Positions 24,721 to 37,934 of a stretch of DNA of 64,000 nt are shown one piece after another. The number at the start of each line of letters is the position of its first letter. Positions within the stretch are counted from its first letter, which is position 1. The stretch lies in NCBI GenBank assembly GCA_964252035.1, contig OZ176201.1; one strand, written 5' to 3'. Position numbers and translations under genes: made by a program. The notes beneath the pieces were generated by a model, which was given only the letters and a program-made list of their open reading frames with translations, did no database searches and was not told where the DNA came from. This DNA is from Podarcis erhardii (lineage: Eukaryota).

Positions 24721-26454
24721 TCTCAGACTAGCCTGCTAATATAAGCTGGACCAGGCTAAAGTTCCACCTTGCCCCATTTGGAGGGCCATGAGCAGGCCAT
24801 GAAGGCCTTTTCTGCTGTTGCTTCCCTTCAACTGATACTCAGCATCATCCTTCCTCTGAACACAGAGGTTCCATGTAGCCATCCTGGCTAGCAGACCCAG
24901 ACTCCATGAATTTTTCCTTCATTCCTTAACTGCCATAAATCACCTTCATGTTCTCTTTCTCCCACCCCAAGCACTTTGGATTTCTTTTAATAGACATGGA
25001 GATTGTGGAAATCAACCAGCTTTTAAAATCCGCACTTGCTGGCAAAATACAACACCCAGCCCCTTTCTCATCGAGGTGACCAAGGCCATAGTTGATTGCT
25101 CAAGAGAAAATCCCAGTTTCTGTGCCTGGTTCTAATTAAAAGAGGAAAAACAAGGGGGAAACCTGTCTTCATGGTACACTCAGCCTACCTAATCCACCCT
25201 GTTGATTTTCACAGGCATGAGCTTTCAACATCGCATTAATAAACTATTTTCATAGATTTATGTTCCATAACCCTCCTCGCCCCAGAGATTTTTTAGGATG
25301 TGAGCTCTGAGTGTCACATCAAGGAAAGATGGGCATCTAGCTCTAGCCTGGACATCAGTTTATTTATGAGGGAGGAGGCCATGAGTTCAACCCTTGTATT
25401 CATAACAGGGCTAAGCAAACAGTTCCAATCATGTTCTAAGCCATTCTAAATAGACTGAAGAGCTGGTCACCTAATTCTCAGCCATTACCAGAGTTCATGT
25501 TTGGGTTGTGATTTGACTCTATTCCCCAATGTCATTTTACCCCCCTGCTTTTCAGGAGCTTGTTTTCAGGGATTTATGAAATGTGAGATGACAAAATGTT
25601 GCGCTAATGTTGCGGTGATTGGGCCTCACCTCAACTCTACCCAAAAAGGTTGGTTGTGTAAAGGAAAGGACATTGAGACATTGATACACTTTCCAAAGCT
25701 AGCCTTGCTTATTTCCCCCAGGAAAGGCAGCGGGTGGGGGAGACACATTGTGCATTGCTGAAGGTTTGTCAGTGGAGGGTAAAATGGGACATTAATCTGA
25801 ATTGATAAACTTGCTAGTCTGTTTGAGGGGAAACAAAGCAGATTAAAACCATCTGCAAGGGCATGGATGAGATTGGCTGCCTGTTGAGTTTTTTTTCCCT
25901 TTTTAATCAAAGAAAAGGAAAAAAAAGATCTAGCACACAGGAACTGTATCTGTGCTCATTCTTACCCCTTGATAAAGAATAGATCAAAGATTGTTAGCAA
26001 ATAGTTCACAATTGAAACTGAGTGGGAGCAGTTTCAAGGCAGACAGAATGGCAAAATCAGGCTGATTTACTCTGATTTACAGGCTCGCCCTCAACATACT
26101 AAAGACTGTAATCAGCGAGTTTCTTTTTACTCTTAATTAGTGATCTTTGTGTATTGTTAAGTTTGTCCATCCTTCTTGCTGCCTGTATTTATAACTGCAT
26201 GCATTTCAGAATAAAATTCCACGTTTTAAAAAAGAGGAAAACTTCACAAGAAGTATAATCAACTAGTGGAATTCATTGCCACAAAATGATAATCTTTTTT
26301 TTAAAAAAAAAAAAGTATTAAACAACATTATGAAACTGGAAACTGCAGGAAGGCAGAGTGCTATTGCACTCAGGTGCTGCTTGTGGGCTTCCCAAAGGCA
26401 TCTGTTTAGTCCAGCATCCTGTTCTCACAGTGGCCAGACAGGTCATTGGTGTGA

Positions 26455-26530
26455 TCATAGAATCATAGAATTGTAGAGTTGGCAATGACTCCAGGGTTAT
26501 TTGGTTCAATCCCTTGCAGTGCAGAATCAG
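26455..26530 (-). mobile_element. CR1/Squam2-type 3' end
   Basis: CATAGAATCATAGAATTGTAGAGTTGG is the tandem CR1 octamer tail in reverse. Confidence 0.65.
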
Positions 26531-26929
26531 AGCAGGCTCTTATGTGAGTATGAGCTTGAATATTAGAGCTATGCACAGCTCTCCTGTTCTAATCTGTAAC
26601 CCTAATTTGTAAATACAGATTGAATTTGATTTGGACTTGACCCAAACCAGATCTGAATCCAGATCATAACCTGGAAAATATAGATCCCTTGAAAGCCCAT
26701 TGACTTGTACTTCAAAACCAAAAGAACCATTCTTGTTTCACATAAAGACATGGAATTTTGAGACATGGCAGCCCCTTCAGAGGGGATTATCCATGCCAAA
26801 TTTCAGATGGGTAGGGTAGCTCCAGGGGTTTGCATGCTAGCCAGCATTAATATTTTTTTAAAAAAACCTAAAAAAACAACACCCGCATTAAAAGACTGTG
26901 CATGTTCAGTCATGCCCGTTCTCAAACAA

Positions 26930-27040
26930 ACAGTGTACCAGTTTGCCCATCACACCTCAAAATGGATATTGTGGAGCTGGAAAAGATGCAGGAAGGGGTT
27001 AGCAAAATGATCAGGAGGCTGAAGAAACACCCCTATGACA
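26930..27040 (+). mobile_element. CR1 ORF2 fragment
   Basis: GATATTGTGGAGCTGGAAAAGATGCAGGAAGGGGTTAGCAAAATGATCAGGAGGCTG...CCCTATGA translates DIVELEKMQ...KMIRRL...PY. Confidence 0.6.
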
Positions 27041-27389
27041 GAAGATATCACTCATTATCTGTTAACCTGCCCCTTATATAAAGACCCAAGAGATCTTTAT
27101 ATGTCTTGGGTGGTAGGTCCTCGCTTTACTTCTGTTGAAACAGGTACACAGGTGTGGGAACATGTAGGTCATAGAAGTTCATCACTGGAGCTTCTCATAG
27201 AATGATACCCAACTTGCAGCACAATCCTAACCATGTCTACTGAGAAGTAAGTCTGAATTACTTCCATGAGGTCTTCCTTCATGTTTGCCTAGTAAGCTTT
27301 CCAGAAACATCTTGCTGGCCCTTGTTCAGGAGAAGAAAATACTTGATGGGCCTTTGGTAATCCATGTAGATTCTTCTTAGGTTCTAAAG

Positions 27390-27510
27390 CAGAGGTGGTG
27401 GAAGCACGGGGGTTGTTGGGCTCCAATTCCCATTAGCCCCAAGTAGAATGATCAGTAGTCAGGGGTGATGAGATTTGTAGTTTAGCAACATCTGGAGGCC
27501 CACAGGTTCC
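27390..27510. mobile_element. Palindromic hAT-like MITE copy
   Basis: CAGAGGTGG start; CAATTCCCATTAGCCCC...GGTGATGAGATTTGTAG; CAACATCTGGAGGCCCACAGGTTCC. Confidence 0.55.
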
Positions 27511-27744
27511 TTATTTAAGTTCAAGTGAATCAAGCAGAAAAATGGACTCTTATGGGCAAACTTTATGTATGATGAAGGGATGACTATACCTGCTACTTGC
27601 TACTGCTGTTCTTCTACCATGGTCTTCCCCCTTATAGTTTGTATCATACGGACCTCTTAAAATATGGAACAAAAACACCAGCTTGTTTTCAGGTCATTAA
27701 TGTATTATAATACTTCTCTCTAATAACAATGTTTCTTGTTTTCA

Positions 27745-27998
27745 GAGCCAGTGTGGTGTAGTGGTTAAGAGTGATAGATTCGTAATCTGGGGAACTGGGT
27801 TTGCGTCTCCGCTCCTCCACATGCAGCTGCTGGGTGACCTTGGGCTAGTCACACTTCTTTGAAGTCTCTCAGCCCCACTCACCTCACAGACTGTTTGTTG
27901 TGGGGGGGGGAAGGGAAAGGAGAATGTGAACCGCTTTGAGACTCCTTCGGGTAGTGATAAAGTGGGATATCAAATCCAAACTCTTCTCTTCTTCTTCT
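27745..27998 (+). mobile_element. Young Squam3-type SINE with (CTT)n tail
   Basis: Full head GAGCCAGTGTGGTGTAGTGGTTAAGAG, CORE-like middle, tail ATCAAATCCAAACTCTTC(TTC)n; about 94% identical by eye to the inverted copy at 34455-34724. Confidence 0.85.
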
Positions 27999-30290
27999 AC
28001 TAGCTCTAAAGTTAACTGTCCTATACTGACTTAGTTTCACATTATTTTTTCAGAAAGGCCTCTTCTACATCCATTTAGAGATTGGGAAGGCATGATACTG
28101 AACACAAAAACTCCAAACTCATCACATAGTGTTCAGTTAGCTACTATCTGACTCAATTTGCAGTCCTGTGTAAACTTTCAAAGGAGCATGCCTCAATGAA
28201 TCCCATGGGGACTTATTGAGTAAAATATGCATAGGACCGCACTGCAAATTGTAATTGACCATTTGTGCTATCCGTCTTCCAATCAGTAGAATAGGAAGAG
28301 CAGCTTAAAGAGTTGCTTAGTCTGAGCATAAGGGAGGTAAGGAAGGGGAAAGTGCAATACATACTTCAAAGAAGTAGACATTACCCAATAGTCATTACCC
28401 AATCTGTGAATGCAGAGTAAATAAAACTGAATCAATTGCTGTGTGGGTTGTAAAAATATAGTCATCTAGAGACTAAATGAATACTCGCAGAGACTCGGTG
28501 AAATAAAAATGTTATCTCTCTCTAAGCTATAATCTGTGATTAGAACATTTAATCAATTAGTATTGCTGTTGTCAAAACTTGCTCCAAACAAAGGATGAGA
28601 GCATCTGCCTGAGGGGAAATCTTAATGGCTAGCCGGCTCTTCTGAGCCATGTGCTAAGGTGGGGAGCTCATCCCTGCAAGAAACGTCATGTTTTACTACA
28701 GCACAGTGCAGAGTTCAGTGTCAGGAGGGGAGGAAGAGGCCCCTTATCTGCTCCTAGTCATCTCTGCAGCACTAATAGAATGTCAACTAATCCCCAAGAG
28801 GAAAAAATAGTTTCACGCCCAGAGCAAAGAAGAGTCAATTTTCACTTCAGACTCTCTCCCTGGCCTTCTCTGCTTTTCAAAGTGGGGGATTCGTAAGCCT
28901 TTATTGAAAGTGGGAGGCTGTTTTAAAACTGCAGTAGGGACAGTGCTTCAAACTGCAACTGTCTCTCCAATTGTGGCTTCTTCTTCTTCTAGGCTGACTT
29001 ACCAGATTGGCATTCTCTGGCATAATCAAATTTATGAGATGTTGGGTAATATGTCTATTTCCCATGATTACAGCAAATAGCTGGGTGGCTCTGAGACATG
29101 GGAAGGCAGTGAACCTATGTGAAATGATGTCCTAATTTGAGAATGGAGTATTGGCCTGATCATCTTTATCTGATCACTGATCGTGTGAGCAAATGCATAT
29201 GGCCAGGAAGGCTTTTAAGCGGTAATATCCATAATAGCAATTAGAATGAGCTGTTTTGTTTCTTAATAATGATCTTCAGTTGACCTTACATCCAAAAGTA
29301 AAAAAACAAAACTTTTAAGTATTTTATTTTCCAAGGTGAAATAATAAGGCAGTAAGAAAAATACACTCAGAGGAAACTTTGAAATAGATTCTCAAAAATA
29401 TTTCGATAAATGACTTTGGGCAGTTTTTGTTTTTCTCCAAAGTGAAATTAGTTAAATTTGTTGAACTAGTTGTAGTTATTTTCCATTCTCTATGAACTAT
29501 TTACAAGTTGTGTTTCACCTGTCTGGAAAACCTTTCACCCAGTATTGCCAAAAACAAAAATGACCAGATTATACAAAATTATACAAAATAATCTGTATAA
29601 TTATTCAACTACTGATCTTGTTTCAAGACAAGTGCCACATCAGCAAAAAGGAGAAATCCTTCTTTATTGCTTCAGAGAAGTTGCACCTGCATGAGGTCCC
29701 TGTAAGCCATCAGTCTATAAAAGTCATAGAGATCAGTTCAACTCTGTTATCATTAATACTAATGATAAGGAAAGAATGTGGTCGCTTCCTGTATTGTTAC
29801 AGGTGGAGCCAAACTGTAAGTGAAACCACCTCCCTGCTTCCTATTTACCTGTCTGGCTCTGCCAACAGGGTGGTCTTTCTAGAAACCTCTCTCCCTTATC
29901 TACAGGGAGCATCCAAGGAACCAGGGACCCTGGGGGTTATAACTGTAATGGAAGAGGAGGGCAGAGAGCCTGCTTATGTCCATCCTTGTACAACTACCTT
30001 GTAAGGTAGGCCTGTCTCTTTTATGTTCCCTCTTACCACAGATGGTAAGTGCTTTCTAGGGCTCTAAGGCTTCAATGGGGACTCTGAGAGAGCATCTAGT
30101 TTACTTGTCCCCATCCTGGAGTGAAAGAACTTGCTGTTCTCAGCCAAGATTCCACTGGGCTTACAAGGGGAACACAGCCAGCACCCAGGTACTTTTCACT
30201 CCCAGAGATCAGAGTAACCTGTTTTTCTTGGTCAATTCCCATCCTATACCTCTATAGCATGAAGTGACTTGAGCTTATATGGTTGGGAGC

Positions 30291-30716
30291 TGTTACAATA
30301 ACCCTGTGAATCTGGCAACAATGCATGCAAGACACAACCACCAAACTATATATCTTTTATTAGCAATTAAAAAGGAGGCAGGAGAAGCAAAAAATGGATG
30401 AAGCAGAATACTGATATTGAAAGGAGTTATTTAGCTAAAGTTTGTCTACCCTGATCTTCTTACTTGCAAATAAGCTTCTGGTCTCCTCTTGCAGGTTGTC
30501 TGGTGGTCAATGGCTGCATGGCCACAGTCCATTTTGAAAGGTTCAGTACATCAGTACACATGTTCAGCTTAAGTGACAGCTGGCCATTTCCAGTCAATCC
30601 CAGCCAGCTCAGATCTATGGTAGTTTGCCAGGTAGCTAGTACAATTCCTTTTCAGGAATTGGGGGAGATGGATAGTAGACACCTCCTAGGGACAGAGGAA
30701 GGGGGTGGAAATTACA
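30291..30716 (-). mobile_element. Possible reverse-oriented solo LTR
   Basis: Plus strand begins TGTTACA with TTTATT (reverse polyA signal) at 30356 and ends ATTACA; TSD not convincing. Confidence 0.3.
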
Positions 30717-31998
30717 GACTAATTATTTTATTAATTAGTCTGTCTTCTTGCTAGATGGGGAATGTGTGCACTGGAAGAGGGCCTTGCCTTTTTTGCTAAG
30801 CATAATAGGGTGGAGGTAGGAGATGAGACTTTGCTCACAGGAGTTTCTCCAGTGCACCCAATGCAGCTAGATGGACATCAGATGCCTTGGAAACTATATA
30901 TCCCAAGGCTCCCAGCACAGGATACATTGGTCTATATGGGCTTGCTTCTCTGGCAAAGGTCTTTCACAGCAGCACTTATGATACCTTTACTGAAGATGCT
31001 GGAGATGGAGCATTTGTAGAAGGAAAACATGTACTCCCCCCATGACAGCCTTTGTTCCAGAAAGCTAACAGCCTGTAGAGATCATAAAGATCTATACACT
31101 TCTCTTTTTCCCCAATGTACAGAGGGTATATTAACTGACCACAAAGAGGCTTATGTAAGAATTGTGCTCCAGGTCTTACCGAACAGAGATCTTTTCTTTG
31201 TATCCCGCTGATAACATTTTATAACCCATAACATTCTATTGTCAAGAGCTGTTAATGGGCTTCAGCTAGAGTGTTGTCATGGCTCTGATCCCCTCATGTG
31301 AATATAATTGCTTGCACTACTGCCTGACTAACCTTTCCTGTTTGTTCGCTTCTGTCTGCACGAAATCTCTGAAAAAGACAGGAAACCTCAAAGATGCTTT
31401 GCAGTTGGGAAAGAGTTCAATAAAACGTGTCACCTTTTTGGTCCCATGCCAATGGGGCAAATTTCACTATAGGGTTAATTGACCTCCCTTGCAATCGGAA
31501 TTATTGATTTCAGCTTGATTTGCAAGTACCTCACTGACTTTGAAAAGGCAACATTCACAGTCCTGCAGTGTGTTGCCTCACATCCTTTTGCATTTCCAGG
31601 AACCATCAAAAGATGCTTGCATTGCTTTATTTGTTGGCGGCTGGAGAAAATGGTCTCACAAATGAAAGCCTTATACAATTATGTTTGATTGGGAAAGCTG
31701 TTTGTGAAAGACGAAGAAGTTTGATGAAACAGGCTACAAACAACATCAGCAGCCCATGTGGTGAAATGTTCTAGGGAGAATGTACACTGACTCAGAGATA
31801 TCCTGAGATGAGAGAAACAGCTGGTGACAACATATTTGTTTAGCAAAATGTTAGGTATGTCTAGACAAGGTTGTCCAGTGTTAGATATAAGTTGCATAGT
31901 CAGTTGCAGTGTGACACTGTATGCCAATTTCTTTCCAGTTCCATTGGTTTCCCCTTTTATTCAAGGTACTCACTGTAGTACGTACTTAAGTCCTAAAT

Positions 31999-32444
31999 CA
32001 GGAGTGCAAACCTCCAGCTCATGGGCCAGTTTTGGCCTGGCAGGAGTTTGGCCCATTAGGGCATTTTCTCCAAACCATGCCCACGTGCCCCACACTTGAT
32101 GTCATATGTGATGGCAGGTAGAGACATGCCTGGAAACTTGACCATGCTGCTAATCCCTACTGGTCACACATTGCCAGCCCTAAGCTTAGAACTTCCCAAA
32201 TGTTAAACAAAGAGCTAGCAAAGCCCCTTGGGCTGCAACCAGCCAGCTGCCAGTCACCTGGGAGGCACTGTACAAAGGAATTTGGCAGGGGCAGGATAAG
32301 TCACCTGTCAATCACTGGGCATCACAATGACAACCGGTGATTGACAGGTAGGTTGTTCCATCCACCTGTCAAGGTTAGCCCAAAATTTGGGGGTGCAGGC
32401 AGTACTCACCTGGCTTTCCAGGCCAAAACATGTCCCCACAACTG
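31999..32444. mobile_element. Non-autonomous hAT element (446 bp)
   Basis: 8-bp TSD TCCTAAAT (31991-31998) / TCTTAAAT (32445-32452), 7/8 match; imperfect TIRs CAGGAGTG / CACAACTG. Confidence 0.8.
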
Positions 32445-34454
32445 TCTTAAATGTTCTAGATCTATTCTATCACAGCAATCACTCATGTGAAAATCTTGTG
32501 GCAGCCACTTCCTTCATTTAACTACATGCTGTGTGGAGTGCTTAACTTTGTCCTGAATCTTGCACCATTCAGCTTCACTCAGTGACCAAGGTTCCAGTGT
32601 TACGAGAGAGAGAGAGAGAAAACTGTCCACACCTTTGAGATGGGAACCTTGGAGAATTATTAGAGGCAAGTCAAGCTGATCCTTCATCTGCACCATGGAG
32701 CCTGCAATTGCTCTCTTTCTCTCACACAGAAGAAATGCCCCTGGGAGGGGGGGGATTTGGGGAGCAGAAAAGCCCCAGGCACAAAGAGGTGCATGAGGGT
32801 GGGGAGTGGGTAGGGAGCATGCAGTAGGTTGGGCCTAAATGTTTTCCAGAAGATATGCCTCTTCCATCATGCGCGAGTTCTACTGCAGCAACAAATTAAT
32901 GAGATAACTTTGCCATTCCTGCTGCTGAATTGTGCAATTTGTTATTTCGGTATTTAAGTGAGTTGTATCATAGTATATGCTAGGTGGCATTGAATTCCTA
33001 ATTACTTTAATATTGAAATTTAATTATTTCCAGGTCATTAAACACACTGATGAGATCATGAATTCTAAATTATCTGGTGCAAATTGTGAAGTTGAACCAT
33101 ACAAATTATAAGCTATGACTCCAGGAATGAAGAAGCATGAATCAGAAAAGCATGCATAACTAAGTTAGAGCTTGCTTTAAAAAAACAAGTGAAACCTTTC
33201 TATGAAGGAGAAATCTTTGGGAGCATATTTTAGCAAAAAAAAAGTGGCCCACCACATTTTTCCAGTTGTACTGAGAATTCAGAATTGCATTCCAATTCTT
33301 CTAGACAATTATTATTATTTTTTTGCCCATTTGAATTCCAGTTTCTTCACTTCTTTTGTGTCTAATTTAAATCCATACAACCGTAATCCACTTACTTCTG
33401 ACAGTTCCATCAAATTTAATAAGGAGGTTCATGTGAATTAAATGGCGCGGTCTTATTAATCTAGCTCTAAAACATGACTACTCCTGAAATAAAGGCAGGT
33501 GCTCATCCCTAGGAGAAAAACCTGGCGACAGCTTCCTGTGTTCCTGGGAACATCCTACAGTCAAAGCAGATACCCCTTTCCCCCAGATCCCTCCATACCA
33601 TTTGCATAGCATAGATGTTTGCCTGTGATCAGCCCAAAGGTCCTTTAAAGGCTTCAAAGCAGTGAAAGAGGATAGAGCCTTTGGGCTTCCTGTCCTATTT
33701 CTCCATAGAGGCCACTCTGCCTACCCTCTTCCCCTTTCTGCTGCAGGGCAAATGAACCTGAGGAAAGAGGCTTGGCAAAGTGACTGGTGGAAGATACTGG
33801 CAGAAGATGTCCTGCATATGTTCTCTCTGCTTCAGAACTTGTGGAGGGACCTTGATGATCTTTGGGTTGGCGTCTTATTTAGGAAGGAGCTAGATGTATT
33901 AAGTGGGCCATACAGCTTTCAGTGGTCCCTCTTCCCATCAGTGAGGGTTCAATAGGCACTGGAATTTCCCAGTGTGTCCAGACACAGTAGTGATTGGCGA
34001 TGTACTGAAATGTCACAACCAGTTCCTTTCCGTTTAGCAATCTGAGTATTACCTACTATCGGCAATGTCAGATTAGTAACAAAGCCAATATGTAAAATGA
34101 CAGAGGTCACATTGGGGTCACTCCACCTGGTAGTTATGGAAGGTCCCATCACAATCTCACAATAGGTGAGTGTTTCTTGTGATAAGTGCCCTGACTAGGC
34201 TGGCCATGGAAAGCCATGAGATAATTTGTGTTAGACAAAATAGTGAATGACTAGGCTTTGGAAAATAAACACTGTACAATGATAACAGGGGCTATATCAT
34301 TTAGGTCAGCCTGGACCTGATCTTGCCTTCCATTAAAAAAAACCCAAAACCTTTCATTGGTTGAACAGTTCTTATGTAACATTTTGAGGCTCCATCACCA
34401 TCGGACTTCAGGGTCCATTGAATGTGAGACCAAGTAAGATTCAGGGGGCCTGGG

Positions 34455-34724
34455 GAAGAAGAAGAGGAGGAGGAGGAGGAGGAGGAGGGGAGGAGGAGTT
34501 TGGATTTGATATCCCACTTTATCACTACCCAAAGGAGTCTCAAAGCGGCTAACATTCTCCTTTCCCTTCCTCCCCCACAACAAACACTCTGTGAGGTGAG
34601 TGAGGCTGAGAGACTTCAGAGAAGCGTGACTGGCCCAAGGTCACCCAGCAGCTGCATGTGGAGGAGTGGAGACGCAAACCCAGTTCCCCAGATTATGAAT
34701 CTACCGCTCTTAACCACTACACCA
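34455..34724 (-). mobile_element. Young Squam3-type SINE with expanded (CTT/CCT)n tail
   Basis: Reverse complement of 27753-27985 with about 13 differences in about 225 nt. Confidence 0.85.
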
Positions 34725-34800
34725 ACAATGTGTGTGCATTGAAAGCATAGAAACACTCCAGTCTTTAAAAATTCAGGCCCAACATATTCTGTAGTTATAC

Positions 34801-34926
34801 CAGGGGGATCTTTAAGCCAGAACTCAGTTCCAGCACCTCTCAGATAAGTGCTGTTGCCATTATAAAAGAACAAGGGAGGTGTTTGTGGTAAGTTCCGGCA
34901 CCTCTTTTTCTAGAAAAAGAGCACTG
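34801..34926. mobile_element. hAT-like non-autonomous element
   Basis: Ends GGCACCTCTTTTTCTAGAAAAAGAGCACTG; internal repeat AGTTCCRGCACCTCT; no TSD seen. Confidence 0.4.
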
Positions 34927-36184
34927 GAATATGTCAGGCTAGAGCTTTTTAAGAGTGGGGTGTTTTAAGGCTGGAGAAGTTTTAGCTTGACTCCATTGAT
35001 GAATGTTGTTGGGCATTAACTGCACACACAGGCTTAGAACATTTGCTATCCATTTTAGGATAAAGACAGGGGGAAGAGGAAGGAAAATGAGAAGGAACAG
35101 GGAAAAGAAAGAGCAGGGGGAGGAGGAAAACAAATAAAGGAGAAGCTCTCAGGGAAATGTAGGCGTTTGGACATGATGGCCCTTTGGCAACTTCCAAATG
35201 CTTTTTTTCCCCACAAGGTGAAAACCAATTACCTCAGTGTTGACACTTACTATGCCAAGATTTAGCCTGGAGGAGATTTTTGCTGCTGAGTTATAAACTT
35301 CAGCAACTATGGATTATAATGGATAAGAAGACTGAAAGATGTTTCACTGTAGCAGTTCTGACAGGACTACTATTATTGCCTTGGCATACTCATTAAATAA
35401 AAGGCATGCAAACACAACAGTACACTGCCGTACACAAGCTGCATTGTTGGTTGTTAAGATCTATAAAGGCAGCTTTGTTGCTCTTTTCCTGCCTGATATT
35501 TGGCTTCTGGTGGGTTTACCCTGATGTACCCAGAAGGGAAGATTGCTCACCAAAATCCAGGCCAACCACAGAGATAACAGGTGGCCTGTTTACTCAAATA
35601 GCTATCCTGGGTTACAAAATGTTGAACTCAATTCAACCTCTGCTTTCTTTATACATTCAGATGATGAATCAGAGGCTGTTAGTGACATGAGTCAGCAGTT
35701 ATGCGATGAGGGAGACCTGTGTTCAAATCCCTCGTAGTTCAGCCATACTTTCTTTCATTAAAAATGAGTCACTTTCCCAGCCCAATTAGGATGCTTAAAG
35801 CAATGTGCAAAAATGAAGTCATATGAAAACAATACAACTGAATTGTGATGGAAAAAACCTGGTGAAATAAAACCAGGAAAGTGAGGAGCCATTTGTCAGC
35901 TAAATGAGGCAAAACGGCTGACAACTCAGCAATGGACTGTGGATGCTTTCAAATATAAATATTAAGAAGTCCAATAATTACAGATTACAGGCATTGGGGC
36001 AAGGGGCCAAGCTTGGCTGGAAGTTCCGAAGTGATGGTACTGCAACTGAAAAATCCCACAGAATCAGGGAATAATTTATTTTCAAGAGCCATATCAGAAT
36101 TTTCTGTGCTTCTCTCCTATTAGTCCCCCTTTAGCTCTGAAAACATAACTGCAAGATATTACTATTGTTTATCTGAAGCACTCT

Positions 36185-36391
36185 AGAGGGTAGGATTCAA
36201 AGCAGTGGGTTCAATTTACGATAAAGAAGATTTTGACTAAACATTAGGAAGAGCTTTCTGGTGATGAGAGCTGTCCGACAGTGAAATGGGCTACCTTGGA
36301 AGGTGGTGGACTCTCATTGAAATTTTAAACCAGAGATTGCATGGCCATCTGCCATGGATTCTTTAGCTGTGATTCCTGCATTTCAAGGGTT
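36185..36391 (+). mobile_element. CR1 LINE 3' fragment
   Basis: GACTAAACATTAGGAAGAGCTTTCTGG...GAGAGCTGTCCGACAGTGAAAT...GGTGGTGGACTCTC, typical CR1 3' region. Confidence 0.7.
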
Positions 36392-37589
36392 TCGGCATAT
36401 TAGTTATCCAAATGTTGTTTATGACTTATAAACAATGAAGAATGGGTCTGTGTGGTAGCAAGCTTGCCAGAGGCACAAAACCCTTTGCTTTGCTTTGTTT
36501 TTAAAAAAGGTTAACCCATGTTAATAATATTGCGGTCCTTATTATATTGTATAAGAAGCAAAAACATGAAGTGCTATTTCAAAAAGAGCACTCTTGCCTT
36601 TTCCACTTAGCATTGAACATATCAAAAAGCTTGACTTAGTCTATGAATCTTTGCCCTTCCTTCCCCACCCACCCCACCCCCCCAAAAAAATCTGAAATAT
36701 TGCCCCTGGCTACCAGTGGTCTGCAATATTAGGGAGCTAAATCCTGCAAGGCTAATCTCAGGCAAATAGGGTTAAGGATTGTAGCCTAAATTAGCTTTAT
36801 CCTAACAGAGTGGGGAACTTCCAAAGCAATAATTAGTTCAGAATCACAGCCAGCCTCTATTCTCAGCATGCTTTCAAATCCTTCTTGATGCCTCAAAGAG
36901 GAGACTGGTGTGATTTACTTTTCCTCCAGCAAATGTTGCAATAGGATTGTTGCTTAAAATTAGCTTAGGATAGAAAACAAATGTCTTTCATCTTTAATTA
37001 TGGAACTATTCCTTTGACTCTACATGTTTTGATCAATACTCCCAACTCTCTCTTTGTATGTAAGTACCCATAATTACAAACAATCTGTCACTCTTGGAAC
37101 CCACACACTGCAACACCCAATGGATGGTGTTTTCAAATGTGCTTATGCTGTTTATTTTAAAGTTATGTTGAAGGGTATGTGCCTAATTGCTTCTTGGAAA
37201 AACAAGTTTACTTTGTGGTTTAAAGGGTGTTCAGCAAGGCATCAGGCTGCACTTTGGGGAGTTACTGGGGGGGGGGGTTGGCAGGGGGAGGCTGTGATAA
37301 ACTACCAAACACACATTCTCTCAAATGTTAAAAGAAAGAGATCACTGTTTGATGAAAGAAAAGACTAGCACGTTGACTTTTTGCTAAAATAAATTTGCTC
37401 ACAAGAGTGGTCTGTGAGGTCTGATATTGAACATTCACTAAATGTTCTCTGTATTTAATAGCTGATATGCTGATACATGTATTAGACTAGTATATATTGC
37501 TGTTGATATTATTTGTAAGATGGCATGTAATAGCTTTTAGTAGGGGTGTGCATCAGTTCTGTGTGATGACTGAATAAGGGTGATTTGGG

Positions 37590-37722
37590 AGTCTGAGTGT
37601 TGTTGCAATCAGGCTCTGCTTTTGAGGGCCTCCAGGCATCTGATTGGCCAAATTGAGAACAAGATGATGAACTAGATGGTCCTTTGGGCTGACCCAATGA
37701 GGTCCTTCATGGGTTCTTATGT
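37590..37722 (+). mobile_element. Old CR1-type 3' end
   Basis: GGCATCTGATTGGCC...GAACTAGATGGTCCTTTGGGCTGACCCA...TTCTTATGT. Confidence 0.5.
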
Positions 37723-37934
37723 GCCCTTCAAGTCAAAGTGTGATACAAATAAATCCTGCTGAGTCAGAACTGGGCTGTTCAAAGCCAACGGTTATCCTAT
37801 TATTTCTGTACCTTTCTGTGTAGCTGTATGTTTACCTACAACTCTCTACTTCCATGAGCTTTATATGAAATGAGGCAGTCCCAAATGTTGCCTGTTAGGC
37901 CCTGAAGAGTTCTGGATTATTGTTGGGTCTTTGC

